Origin: Minisyncoccia bacterium
Lineage (GTDB): Bacteria > Patescibacteriota > Minisyncoccia > Phycocordibacterales > UBA2100
NCBI GenBank assembly: GCA_965659025.1
Contig: CBFHTW010000001.1
Span: 1-56,442, forward strand
Direction of reading: 5' to 3'
Length of the DNA stretch: 56,442 nucleotides
Numbering within the stretch: the first letter of the stretch is position 1; every line of letters begins with the position of its first letter. Made by a program: the position numbers and the translations under genes. Of the stretch, positions 34,767 through 43,601 are shown one piece after another. The notes beneath the pieces are model-generated. The model was given only the letters and a program-made list of their open reading frames with translations. It searched no databases and had not been told where the DNA came from.

Positions 34767-35509
34767 AGTGGCGTTGTGGAAGGGTCTGCAGAAAATTGCT
34801 GAACAAAACGCAAATCGCCGTTGTGAAAGAGTCGGAGCTCGTCAATGCCCCATTTGAGCATGGCGAGTCGCTCAATACCGGCTCCAAAGGCAAACCCTTG
34901 GTTGCGCTTCGGATCTATGCCGCAGTTGGAAAGCACTTTGGGGTGCACCATGCCCGCGCCGAGCACCTCCACCCAGCGATCCCTAAGCTTCTCCGGTACC
35001 GAACCCCCGGAGAGACGCATGTCCACCTCCACCGACGGCTCGGTAAATCCAAAGAACGACGGACGCAAACGCACTTCTACATCGCCGCGGAAAAATTCTG
35101 TTACGAAGCGCGCGATGGTGCCCTTCAAATGCGCGAGGGTGATGTCTGGGCCGACAACGAGACCCTCCAGCTGGTAGAACTGCGCCTCGTGCGTCATGTC
35201 GGTGGCTTCGTTGCGATAGACGCGGCCGGGCGCGATGATTCGGATTGGCGGCTCGTGCGTCTCCATCCAGCGCGTTTGCACTGCGGATGTATGCGTGCGC
35301 AATACGCGGCCATCGGGAAGCCAGAAGGTGTCCTGCATATCGCGCGAGGGGTGATCTGGCGGAACATTGAGTGCGGTAAAATTGTGCCACTCGTCTTCTA
35401 TCTCTGGACCACGGGCAATGGAGAATCCCATCGCCGAAAAGATGTGTGCTATTTCACGAATGGCACCGGAGAGGGGGTGGATGTACTGCGCCGGTGTCTC
35501 GGATTGCAT
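34760..35509 (-). CDS. pheS: Phenylalanine--tRNA ligase alpha subunit, short form
   Basis: 249 aa. Class II core (HPSRDMQDTFWL, FRNE-like VYRNEATDMTHEAQFYQLEG, GFAFGAGIERLAMLK). Lacks the N-terminal coiled-coil arm. Overlaps pheT by 7 nt. Confidence 0.9.
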   Translation of the reverse strand: MQSETPAQYIHPLSGAIREIAHIFSAMGFSIARGPEIEDEWHNFTALNVPPDHPSRDMQDTFWLPDGRVLRTHTSAVQTRWMETHEPPIRIIAPGRVYRNEATDMTHEAQFYQLEGLVVGPDITLAHLKGTIARFVTEFFRGDVEVRLRPSFFGFTEPSVEVDMRLSGGSVPEKLRDRWVEVLGAGMVHPKVLSNCGIDPKRNQGFAFGAGIERLAMLKWGIDELRLFHNGDLRFVQQFSADPSTTPLC

Positions 35510-35516
35510 GTTCGCG

Positions 35517-35565
35517 ATTATACCTCATGGATCACCAGAGCCAAAAAGTGCTCCTGTGGTATAAT
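35517..35565. promoter_or_regulatory. Back-to-back divergent -10 boxes for pheS and the glycosyltransferase
   Basis: Minus strand GGTATAATCGCGAAC-ATG (pheS) and plus strand GGTATAATCGCGCCT-ATG (GT2). Each TATAAT lies 7 nt from its ATG, and the two form a 12-bp inverted repeat. Confidence 0.6.
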
Positions 35566-35572
35566 CGCGCCT

Positions 35573-36808
35573 ATGGAAATTGGCGAAATTATTACCTATT
35601 CCCTGCTTTTTCTCTCACTGTACTTTGAGATGTTCCTCTTGGTTACGTTTTTGGATCGCCGCCGAAACGCGCCACCGCGCGTCGCCGCCGAAGAACATGC
35701 AAATTTGCCGCGCGTGGCGATTATCGTTCCCTGCTTCAACGAAGAAAAAACGGTCGCGGGCACAATGCTTTCGCTTCTCAACTTGCAATACCCGAAAGAG
35801 AAACTGGAAATCATCGTCGTTGACGACGGCTCCGCAGACAACACGCTCGCGATCGCGCGCGAATTTTTGCATGACGCGCGCGTGCGCGTATTTTCCAAAG
35901 AAAACGGCGGCAAACATTCCGCGATGAACTTTGCGCTCGCGCACACCGAGGCCGATCTGGTGGGTTGTCTGGATGCCGACTCCGAGGCGGCGCCAGACGC
36001 GCTCCTCAACATCACCCCGGCATTTGAGAATTCACGAATCGCGGCCGTAACCCCCGGCATCCACGTCAAACAACCGCGCACAACGCTCCAACACATGCAG
36101 AAGGTTGAATACCGTCTCTCGGTCTTTAATCGTTTCGCTATGGCGGCGCTTGGGTCTGTATTTATCACGCCGGGGCCATTTTCCATATTCCGCGCCTCTG
36201 TGGTTAGAGAACTTGGCGGGTGGCGCTATGCGCATTCCACTGAAGATTTGGAACTCGCTTTGCGTATCCAAAAGGCCGGGCACCTGATTGCGAATGCGCC
36301 CGCCGCCTCCATCCACACCGCCACCCCGCAGACTCTCCGCGCACTCTTCAGGCAAAGGGTGCGTTGGACATACGGATTCTTGCGCAATGCGTTTGAGTAT
36401 CGTTCCATGATAGGCAACAGAGCCTACGGCAACCTCAGCATCATCGTGCTTCCGCTTGCGCTTATCTCCATAGGCGCGGGCATTTATTTTTTCCTGCGCA
36501 TTGTGTGGTTTGGTATCCGAGCCATTGCCGACGAATACACAAAAATCGCCATAACAGGGACGCTTCCCCACCCCTCATTTTCATTTGAATTTTTCTACAT
36601 CAACACGAGCGTCATGTGGTTTGTCATCTTCATTGCCGTCGGGCTCATTCTTGTGCTCATTTCCGCCGGAGCATACATCTCCACCGGTTCGCGCAAACTC
36701 CCCCTGGGCACGCCTCTCTTTGTGCTCTTTTATAGTTTCTTGGTGCCCCTGTGGCTCGGCGCGGCTGTTATAAGAGCAATCTTCAGAACAGGCGTCCGCT
36801 GGCGCTAA
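35573..36808 (+). CDS. Processive family-2 glycosyltransferase (PgaC/NodC/cellulose-synthase-like)
   Basis: ATG at 35573. N-terminal TM, the GT2 core (VAIIVPCFNEE...VVDDGSADN...LDADS) and the QxxRW motif (FRQRVRWTYG). Three or four C-terminal TM helices. The first 259 codons of the 670-aa track ORF are antisense to pheS. Confidence 0.85.
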   Translation: MEIGEIITYSLLFLSLYFEMFLLVTFLDRRRNAPPRVAAEEHANLPRVAIIVPCFNEEKTVAGTMLSLLNLQYPKEKLEIIVVDDGSADNTLAIAREFLHDARVRVFSKENGGKHSAMNFALAHTEADLVGCLDADSEAAPDALLNITPAFENSRIAAVTPGIHVKQPRTTLQHMQKVEYRLSVFNRFAMAALGSVFITPGPFSIFRASVVRELGGWRYAHSTEDLELALRIQKAGHLIANAPAASIHTATPQTLRALFRQRVRWTYGFLRNAFEYRSMIGNRAYGNLSIIVLPLALISIGAGIYFFLRIVWFGIRAIADEYTKIAITGTLPHPSFSFEFFYINTSVMWFVIFIAVGLILVLISAGAYISTGSRKLPLGTPLFVLFYSFLVPLWLGAAVIRAIFRTGVRWR

Positions 36809-37539
36809 TGGAACAGAGCGGATATAGTAGCGAGCATATGGAAGGTCCTGTAGTGAGTAATCGCAACGCGCGTTGGAGCACATACGGCATCTCGTTTCTT
36901 ATCACCGCGGCCATATTCGCGACCGCGATTCTTGTCTCAAATTATTTCAACGCCAAGCGCGCGGCGGTCATTCGCTCCACCCAAGACAGCATTTCGGTGG
37001 ACATTCTTTCTCTAGAGACACAATTTGAACTTCTCGCCGAACACTCCTGCGCTGATATTTCGGAAAGCTCTGTGCTCTCAAGAGAAATTTATCCACTCGC
37101 ACAACGGCTCAGTTATCTTGAAGGGCAAAGCAATGTAAACCAAGAAGAGCTCACGCGCCTCAAACGCTATTACTCCCTGCTACAAATCAAAGACTTACTG
37201 CTCATGAAGCAAGTGGCGGCAAAGTGCCGCCTACGTCCGGTAGTCATCCTGTACTTCTACTCCAATGCCGGAGACTGCAAAGACTGCGAAGCCCAGGGGT
37301 ACGCCCTCACCTCTCTTTCAGAACAATACCCTGCACTACGCATCTACTCATTTGACTCCAACCTAGACCTCTCGGCGCTCCAGACGCTTGTCCAAATCAA
37401 CAACGTTTCCAGCCCGCTTCCCGCTCTCGTCATAAAGGGCACGGCGTATCACGGGCTCAAATCCGTTGACGATATCAAGAAGATCCTGCCCGAGCTCGCA
37501 AAACTCCCCACGGCAACATCCACGGCCTCTGGCCGCTGA
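36808..37539 (+). CDS. Membrane-anchored thioredoxin-fold-like protein with a CxxC motif
   Basis: Its start overlaps the GT2 stop (TAATG). One TM helix. The C-terminal part has VVILYFYSNAGDCKDCEAQG and a downstream LPALVI (cis-Pro-like) segment. Confidence 0.55.
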   Translation: MEQSGYSSEHMEGPVVSNRNARWSTYGISFLITAAIFATAILVSNYFNAKRAAVIRSTQDSISVDILSLETQFELLAEHSCADISESSVLSREIYPLAQRLSYLEGQSNVNQEELTRLKRYYSLLQIKDLLLMKQVAAKCRLRPVVILYFYSNAGDCKDCEAQGYALTSLSEQYPALRIYSFDSNLDLSALQTLVQINNVSSPLPALVIKGTAYHGLKSVDDIKKILPELAKLPTATSTASGR

Positions 37540-37552
37540 TACACTGGAGGTC

Positions 37553-38188
37553 ATGCGCGACTTCCCCTATCGTGCCGCCCCGGAGTTTTCCGCCTTTAAG
37601 AAACTGCGCACGCCGCGGCAAGTGCAAGATTTTCTTGACGCCATACCGATCAATTTTGAACAAGAGGGGCAGACGTATCACTCCCCGCTGGTAACACTGC
37701 AGCGCCGGCGCGCACACTGTATGGAGGGTGCGATGCTCGCCGCCGCGATATTTTGGTATCACGGACGAAAGCCCCTTCTCTTGGACCTGAAAACAACACC
37801 AAGCGACGACGACCACGTCGTGGCACTTTTTCAAGAACACGGATTATGGGGCGCGGTCAGTAAGACAAACCACCCCGTACTGCGATACCGCGACCCGATA
37901 TACCGCACGGTGCGTGAGCTTGTTCTCTCGTATTTCAATGAATATTTTCTAGACGACGGCAAAAAGACACTGCGTCAATATTCGCGCCCGTTTAGTATGC
38001 TTGGGTTTGAGGATGACTGGATCGTCTCTACGGACAATCTGTGGAACGTTGCCGTGCTCCTAGACGAATCCCCGCACTACGACATCGCACCAAAAAAGAC
38101 GTTGAAGCTACTGCGCCCGGCCGACGCGCTGGAAATCAAAGCCACAAAGGCCACACAGTGGCAACGCAAAACGAAACGCACTTCTTGA
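37553..38188 (+). CDS. Putative transglutaminase/papain-fold cysteine peptidase-like protein
   Basis: GGAGG SD 3 nt upstream. A candidate Cys-His pair in RRRAHCMEGAMLAAAIFWY ... DDDHVVALFQEHGLWGAV. The family assignment is tentative. Confidence 0.45.
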   Translation: MRDFPYRAAPEFSAFKKLRTPRQVQDFLDAIPINFEQEGQTYHSPLVTLQRRRAHCMEGAMLAAAIFWYHGRKPLLLDLKTTPSDDDHVVALFQEHGLWGAVSKTNHPVLRYRDPIYRTVRELVLSYFNEYFLDDGKKTLRQYSRPFSMLGFEDDWIVSTDNLWNVAVLLDESPHYDIAPKKTLKLLRPADALEIKATKATQWQRKTKRTS

Positions 38189-38198
38189 CTCTCTTATG

Positions 38199-38271
38199 AG
38201 CCGCCTCCCGGACTTGAACCGGGGACCTTCGCTTTACAAAAGCGTTGCTCTACCAACTGAGCTAAGGCGGC
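38199..38271 (-). tRNA. tRNA-Thr (anticodon UGU)
   Basis: GCCGCCTTAGCTCAGTTGGTAGAGCAACGCTTTTGTAAAGCGAAGGTCCCCGGTTCAAGTCCGGGAGGCGGCT folds as a cloverleaf with a TTCAAGT T-loop. No CCA is encoded. Confidence 0.9.
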
Positions 38272-38325
38272 AATTCACAGCACAAGCGCTTGTAATCCTA
38301 CATCGTAGCGGGCACGTCATGCAAG

Positions 38326-38718
38326 TTATTCCACGCTAGGACTGTTGGGAGTATCAACCCTGTGCTCACTTACCTGTTTGAGAAAATCAGAACGCGTCTC
38401 TCGTACTTGAAGCGAGTGTTTGTGAGACACAAAATCCGCAAGGTCGTGCGCCCACGCCTCAATGCGGCGAGCGCCATACGCCACAAGAAGCGCCATCTCA
38501 TGCACAAGGTAGCGCAAAAAGCGTGCGGCGATGCTTGGCAGTGTTTCTAGCAAGTCTGCGTGAGAAAGCGTCCACGCGCGCAGTGTAACAACACGTTCGT
38601 CTGCCACTTTGCGCTGACGCGCGCACCACACCACTCCGGTATTCGTTTCGTAGTGTTTGAGTGCGAAAAAAGCCACGAGAAGCGTGAGAGCAACCAAAAA
38701 TGCAACGCTCGCGATCAT
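38326..38718 (-). CDS. Hypothetical membrane protein (130 aa)
   Basis: N-terminal TM helix (IASVAFLVALTLLVAFFAL). Immediately downstream of tsf. I recognise no family. Confidence 0.5.
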   Translation of the reverse strand: MIASVAFLVALTLLVAFFALKHYETNTGVVWCARQRKVADERVVTLRAWTLSHADLLETLPSIAARFLRYLVHEMALLVAYGARRIEAWAHDLADFVSHKHSLQVRETRSDFLKQVSEHRVDTPNSPSVE

Positions 38719-38721
38719 GGC

Positions 38722-39303
38722 TTATTTCACCGAATACCTGCCAAATGATGTAACTGCAATGTTCTCTCCAAATTTCTGGGTGGCGCCTTCCAAGAGCTGA
38801 CGTATGGTGAGCTCCGGCTGTTTGATGAATGGCTGTTCCAAAAGTACGAAGTCCTGCAAGTATTTGTCCATCTTGCCCTGTATGGCCGCCGCGCGCGCCT
38901 TCTCTGGCACAGATGCCGCCTCCTCTTCAAACACTGCTTTGGCGGCGGCAACGTCAGATTCCTGTACGTCGTCGCGGGTGATGAATTTCGGGGCCGTTGC
39001 CGCAATGTGCATGGCAACGTTGCGTGCAAGCGCTACAAAGTCTTCGTTGCGCGCCACGAAGTCAGTCTCGCACGAGAGCACGACAACCGCCGCGACAGTA
39101 TTGCCCGCGTGCACATATGCCTGTGTCACTCCCGCGCCAAGCGCGCGTTCGGATTTCTTTGCCGCAGTGGCGGCAGAAATTTTACGGAGAATCACTTTGG
39201 CTTTCTCCATGTCGCCGCCGGCCTCTTCAAGTGCTTTCTTGCACTGCATGATTGAGACTCCCGTCTCGTCGCGCAGTGTCTTAATCTCTTCTGTTGTCGC
39301 CAT
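38722..39303 (-). CDS. tsf: Translation elongation factor Ts (short form)
   Basis: UBA-like N-terminus IKTLRDETGVSIMQCKKALEEAGGDMEKA and ETDFVARNEDF. Confidence 0.9.
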   Translation of the reverse strand: MATTEEIKTLRDETGVSIMQCKKALEEAGGDMEKAKVILRKISAATAAKKSERALGAGVTQAYVHAGNTVAAVVVLSCETDFVARNEDFVALARNVAMHIAATAPKFITRDDVQESDVAAAKAVFEEEAASVPEKARAAAIQGKMDKYLQDFVLLEQPFIKQPELTIRQLLEGATQKFGENIAVTSFGRYSVK

Positions 39304-39338
39304 AGTCGCACCAGTATATCAAACAACCACCAGCGCGG

Positions 39339-40037
39339 CTATTTTTTGGTAGGGCGTTTGCCCTCTTCGTATGCGTTGGCAAGCGCATTGAGGAAGAAGC
39401 GGATGCTCTTCACCACGCCTTCGTTGGCAGGAATCGGATATGTGATGCGGGAGAAATCGCAGTCGGAGTTTGCAATGCCAACAATCGGAATGTTGAGCTG
39501 GTTGGCCTCGGCTACAGCGGTCTCCTCATGGCGCGTATCAACAATGATGAGTGCCGCCGGAAGATCAGTAAGGCTAAGGAGCCCGCCAAAACGTCCCTGG
39601 AGTTCTTCAATTTCGCGGTCAATGAGGAGGCGCTCTTTCTTGGTGTATTTTTCAAGCGCGCCAGTCTCGCGTTCTTCTGTAAGCTTCTGAAGGCGATCAA
39701 GGCGCTTACGAATATTCTTGAAATTGGTGAGGGTGCCGCCGATCCAGCGCCCCGCGACAAACGGTACGCCAAGCTTCTCGGCAGTGTCGCGTACCAAGTG
39801 CGCCGCTTCGTTCTTACCGCCCACAAGCACTATCGTGCGGCCGGTGGCGGAGAGTGACGACACGAACGCGCGAGCCGCTTCAAGACGGCGCGCTGTCTCC
39901 TCAAGATTGAAAATGTCGCTTCGGTCTTTGGTGCCGAAAATGAAAGGGTCTGCAGACGGATGACGGCGTGAACGCTTGGAGCCGTACTGGGCGCCAACGG
40001 AAAGGAGTGCCTGAATGTCTGTTTCTGCGGTGGTCAT
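39339..40037 (-). CDS. rpsB: 30S ribosomal protein S2
   Basis: LLSVGAQYGSKRSRRHPS...GGKNEA...WIGGTLTNF...IVDTRHEETAVAEANQLNIPIVGIANSD. Confidence 0.93.
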   Translation of the reverse strand: MTTAETDIQALLSVGAQYGSKRSRRHPSADPFIFGTKDRSDIFNLEETARRLEAARAFVSSLSATGRTIVLVGGKNEAAHLVRDTAEKLGVPFVAGRWIGGTLTNFKNIRKRLDRLQKLTEERETGALEKYTKKERLLIDREIEELQGRFGGLLSLTDLPAALIIVDTRHEETAVAEANQLNIPIVGIANSDCDFSRITYPIPANEGVVKSIRFFLNALANAYEEGKRPTKK

Positions 40038-40063
40038 ATGTGTGCGCGGGATTGTAGCACAGC

Positions 40064-41056
40064 TTAAGCCCCTTGTGCAATATCGCCTCCCTCGCCGGCC
40101 TCTGCCTTCTCAAGAGCCTCCAAAATTGGCTTTAGCTCGCCACTGAGTATTTTGGGGATATTTGACCATGATTCTTTGATGCGGTGGTCGGTCACGCGAT
40201 CTTGTGGGAAATTGTATGTGCGAATTTTTTCACTGCGGTCTCCGGTACCCACCTGCGCCTTGCGCTCCGCGGCGCGAGAGCGCGCTTCTTCCTCATCTTT
40301 GGCCTGCTGAAGGCGGGAGGCGAGCAACTGCATCGCCTTCTCGCGATTTTGTTGTTGACTGCGTTCTGACGTCACCCGTACATCAATACCCGTGGGCTTG
40401 TGTACGAGCCGCACTGCCGTCTCTACCTTGTTGACGTTCTGCCCGCCTTTGCCGCCGGCGCGCGAGAATTCCATTTCTATGTCGCCGGGGTTGATGACAA
40501 ATTCCGTTCGTTCATATACCGGCATGATGGCCACCGAGGCAGTGGAGGTGTGAATGCGCCCCTGCTTCTCTGTTTCCGGAATACGTTGCACGCGATGCAC
40601 TCCCGTCTCAAAACGAAGCTCCTTGTAGCAATGCTTGCCCTTGATTTCAAATTGCACTTCTTTGATGCCGCCGAGTGCCGCACGGGATTCGTCTAGGGTG
40701 CGTACTTTCCATCCTCGTATTTCCGTATATTTGCGATACATGCTGGCGAGCTCTTCTGCAAAGAGAGACGCTTCCTCGCCTCCCACGCCGGCTCGCACTT
40801 CCAACACGGCTTCGTTTGGCCACTCGTGAGATGATGCGCCGCCCACCACCCGTTCTATTTCCTGCATAACGGCTTCTTTCTGGGCACCGATATCCGCGAG
40901 TTCGCGCTGTGCAAGCGGAAGCATCGCCGCATCCAATTCCATGAGTTCCTCTGTGTCTTCCTCCGCGCGCGAGAGGCGCTCCCACTCTTGCACCAAATGC
41001 ATCACCCGCCGGTCGTCGGCGTATTTGGAAGGGTCAATGCCTGATGGGTTTGTCAT
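40064..41056 (-). CDS. prfA: Peptide chain release factor 1
   Basis: GGQ motif ([19 protein letters not shown]) and an RF1-type PxT tripeptide ([17 protein letters not shown]). Confidence 0.88.
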   Translation of the reverse strand: MTNPSGIDPSKYADDRRVMHLVQEWERLSRAEEDTEELMELDAAMLPLAQRELADIGAQKEAVMQEIERVVGGASSHEWPNEAVLEVRAGVGGEEASLFAEELASMYRKYTEIRGWKVRTLDESRAALGGIKEVQFEIKGKHCYKELRFETGVHRVQRIPETEKQGRIHTSTASVAIMPVYERTEFVINPGDIEMEFSRAGGKGGQNVNKVETAVRLVHKPTGIDVRVTSERSQQQNREKAMQLLASRLQQAKDEEEARSRAAERKAQVGTGDRSEKIRTYNFPQDRVTDHRIKESWSNIPKILSGELKPILEALEKAEAGEGGDIAQGA

Positions 41057-41066
41057 ATGGATATAG

Positions 41067-41100
41067 TATAGCCGCGCCGCAATATTGCGGCGCGGCTATA
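41067..41100 (-). terminator. Perfect 34-bp palindrome between rpmE and prfA
   Basis: TATAGCCGCGCCGCAATATTGCGGCGCGGCTATA. Its promoter-proximal end overlaps a TATACT box 8 nt upstream of the prfA ATG. Confidence 0.6.
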
Positions 41101-41112
41101 CGGGCACAACAG

Positions 41113-41400
41113 TTACTTACCTGTCTTCTTCTTTGTCGTTGCGGCCGCGGCCTGTCCAGCCAAGGCACGCTTCTTAAACTTGTCCACACGTCCGGCAGTG
41201 TCAATAACCTTTGACTGTCCGGTGTAAAACGGGTGCGAAGCAGATGAAATCTCCACCTTGTACAGCGGGTACTCTTTTTTGTCGTCCCACGTGGCCGTAG
41301 CCGAGGTACGAACCGTTGACGTAATGAGAAAACGCGCCCCGGAAGTGGAGTCCTCAAAAATGACCGGCCGAAAATCCTTTGGGTGAAGATCCTTTTTCAT
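41113..41400 (-). CDS. rpmE: 50S ribosomal protein L31 (type B, no Zn-binding Cys motif)
   Basis: [17 protein letters not shown]...[20 protein letters not shown]. Confidence 0.9.
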   Translation of the reverse strand: MKKDLHPKDFRPVIFEDSTSGARFLITSTVRTSATATWDDKKEYPLYKVEISSASHPFYTGQSKVIDTAGRVDKFKKRALAGQAAAATTKKKTGK

Positions 41401-41409
41401 AGTGCGAGC

Positions 41410-41438
41410 ACTATACGAAAAAAGCCGCTATTGCGCAA
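41410..41438 (-). promoter_or_regulatory. rpmE promoter TTGCGC-17-TATAGT, with the -10 ending 9 nt before the ATG
   Basis: On the minus strand TTGCGCAATAGCGGCTTTTTTCGTATAGTGCTCGCACTATG. No SD is present. Confidence 0.55.
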
Positions 41439-41463
41439 GCTATTTGGCACTGTATAAGAAATG

Positions 41464-41491
41464 GGCCCAGGCATCCAATGATGCCTGGGCC
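41464..41491 (-). terminator. Hairpin GGCCCAGGCATC-CAAT-GATGCCTGGGCC
   Basis: A 12-bp stem 6 nt downstream of the HAD gene stop. Followed by CATTTCTTAT on the minus strand. Confidence 0.7.
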
Positions 41492-41497
41492 TACGTG

Positions 41498-42142
41498 CTA
41501 CCTTCCGAACAATCCCAGCGGAATCTCTGCGAGACTACGTACGATACTATCCGCAGGGTATTCCTTCCCGCCGCCATCGTCCGCAACAAGCCCAATGCAA
41601 TACATACCCGCAGACCGAGCCGCATGCATTCCGTTGATTCCATCCTCAATGACAACACACGAGCTTGGTGGCACACCAAGCCGCGCTGCGGCGAGCAGAA
41701 AGACGTCCGGAGCTGGTTTCCCGTACACAACCTCCTGGGAACTGGCAATGGCCATGAAGTGTTCCTTGAGCACAAGCGTGGTAAGAACACGTTCAATAAA
41801 CACTAAACGTGATCCGGATGCTACGGCAAGTGGAACATCACGCTCCCGCAACATAGAGATGAGCCTCGACGCTCCAGAGATTTCGGTAATCTCTTCAAGC
41901 GGGCGATCAAGCATCCTCTGCCACACTCGATTGGAGAGTTCTTGTGGTGGCGGACACGCCTTTCTCGCTTCATGAAATATTTCGGGCCACATATCTCTCC
42001 CAGAGACACCGGAGAAACGGCGAGTGATTTCTGCTGGTGGCATGTGAATGCCATACTCCCGCAAAAGCTCCGATTCCACAGACGAGTATATTTTCTGTGT
42101 GTCGGAGATGACACCATCCATGTCAAAGATACATGCAACCAT
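41498..42142 (-). CDS. HAD-superfamily hydrolase (beta-phosphoglucomutase-like subfamily IA)
   Basis: DMDGV motif I, VASGS motif II, and GKPAPD...IEDGINGMHAA motifs III/IV. AGGAGG SD. Confidence 0.8.
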   Translation of the reverse strand: MVACIFDMDGVISDTQKIYSSVESELLREYGIHMPPAEITRRFSGVSGRDMWPEIFHEARKACPPPQELSNRVWQRMLDRPLEEITEISGASRLISMLRERDVPLAVASGSRLVFIERVLTTLVLKEHFMAIASSQEVVYGKPAPDVFLLAAARLGVPPSSCVVIEDGINGMHAARSAGMYCIGLVADDGGGKEYPADSIVRSLAEIPLGLFGR

Positions 42143-42208
42143 TAGTACCTCCTATATTGCTATCCTGTCCGAAACGTACCTAAAGTAGAACAGGTATGCA
42201 AGCGTCTG

Positions 42209-43570
42209 TTATTTCTGCTCCAGAATGTTTATGTCGGCTTGGTAGCGATCGGCAATAGCCATCACATTATCACCATAGAACGCGACCGAGGATTTGTACC
42301 AATTTCCCCCCGCGAAGTATTTGAGTGCCGCCTTTCGCTCCTCTGCGCGCACGCCAGTGTCGGCACCGTTGTCGGCCATGAGAAGCGATGTGGCAAACAC
42401 AGCCGTGCGCCCATCCCAAGGATTCGGCGTGGTAACACCAAGCATTCCCGCCAAACGCTTCTGATATAACACCCATGTAGAAGGAATGAATTGCGCCGGA
42501 CCCATGGCTCCGCCATAGCCGCCAGTTCCCTGTGGGCACGAAACAAGAGTCGTGAACCAGTCTAGTCCGAGCGCCTCTGTGACCTGCTGAAACGGCACAG
42601 TATCGCGCGGGGCCTTCATCACGGTAGCAAATACACGACCGGTATTTTTGCCGACACCACCGCCTGTCTGCAAGTTCTGCACATAGCAAGAACCAACATT
42701 AGCTCCGAGATTCGTTTCCTGAGTGAGAATCGCGAGTGTGACAGCCGGGCGAACGCCGGTTTTTTGTGATGCCTCCTTGGCATATTGATATGCCGTACCA
42801 AAGGGAATTGCGGCCGAGTCACGCAGACCGAAGAGTGCGGTGCGGATTTGCGCCGCTTGTTTTTCTCGTTCGGCGATGAGTTGTTGGTACGTCTTTTCCT
42901 CTCCCTTAGTTGTAGAAAGTAGTTTATTTTTCTCTTTTTGATCGTCCTGGATTGCTTGTTTCGCCAATACCTGCACACTCTTCACCTTTTGCACTTCCTC
43001 CTGTTTGTCTTCAAGCTCCATCTTTTTTGAAGAAAGATTTGTGCGGAGCTCCGCAAGTGTGTCAAAGGATTCCTGAAGAGCCGACTGCACCTGCGCCGCG
43101 TGGTCAAATTCTTGAAATGTTTCGGGAATACCGCCGGTCAGGGCAAGAGCAATGAGCGGCGTGTCATCTATCGCCCGCTGGCGACGAATCAACTGCGCAA
43201 GCGTGCGCTCACCATCAGAGACACGCCGATCTACTTGGATAATCTCTGTCTTCTTTTCTGCAATGTCACCCCCTAGCTGTGCAATTGCGATATCGCTCTT
43301 TTTGATCTGCAGTTGTGCGGTTTTGATTTTTGTATTGAGTATGGATATGTCACGCTCCAGTGTCGCGCGCTGCTGTTGTAAATCGCCGAGTACCCCCTTT
43401 TTTTGCGCAATGTCGCTCTCTATTTGCGCAAGCTGTGCCTGCAATGCCGCTCTTTGATCGGTGAGCGTCTGTGCATGAGCAATCGCCCACGAGCTATGCT
43501 GTATAGGAAGCAGTGCCGCGCCACACACGAGCGCCACAAGAAAAATCTGCGCGTGCCTGCGCCATGTCAT
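42209..43570 (-). CDS. Secreted coiled-coil protein with a C-terminal lytic transglycosylase (SLT_2/MltB-like) domain
   Basis: Signal/TM segment, then a roughly 200-aa Q/L/A coiled coil. The C-terminal domain has LAILTQETNLG (catalytic Glu context) and GGAMGPAQFIPSTW. The ATG at 43570 is preferred because the ORF-track start at 43576 is GTG. Confidence 0.65.
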   Translation of the reverse strand: MTWRRHAQIFLVALVCGAALLPIQHSSWAIAHAQTLTDQRAALQAQLAQIESDIAQKKGVLGDLQQQRATLERDISILNTKIKTAQLQIKKSDIAIAQLGGDIAEKKTEIIQVDRRVSDGERTLAQLIRRQRAIDDTPLIALALTGGIPETFQEFDHAAQVQSALQESFDTLAELRTNLSSKKMELEDKQEEVQKVKSVQVLAKQAIQDDQKEKNKLLSTTKGEEKTYQQLIAEREKQAAQIRTALFGLRDSAAIPFGTAYQYAKEASQKTGVRPAVTLAILTQETNLGANVGSCYVQNLQTGGGVGKNTGRVFATVMKAPRDTVPFQQVTEALGLDWFTTLVSCPQGTGGYGGAMGPAQFIPSTWVLYQKRLAGMLGVTTPNPWDGRTAVFATSLLMADNGADTGVRAEERKAALKYFAGGNWYKSSVAFYGDNVMAIADRYQADINILEQK

Positions 43571-43601
43571 GCGCACTATTGTATCACCCCAAATAGAATT
43601 G

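Noticed and set aside
34796-35572. N-terminal 259 codons of the 670-aa plus-strand ORF (34796-36808)
   Set aside because: This part is antisense to pheS and has no protein-like features. The GT2 homology begins at the ATG at 35573, which has its own -10 box. The open antisense frame is typical of GC-rich coding DNA.
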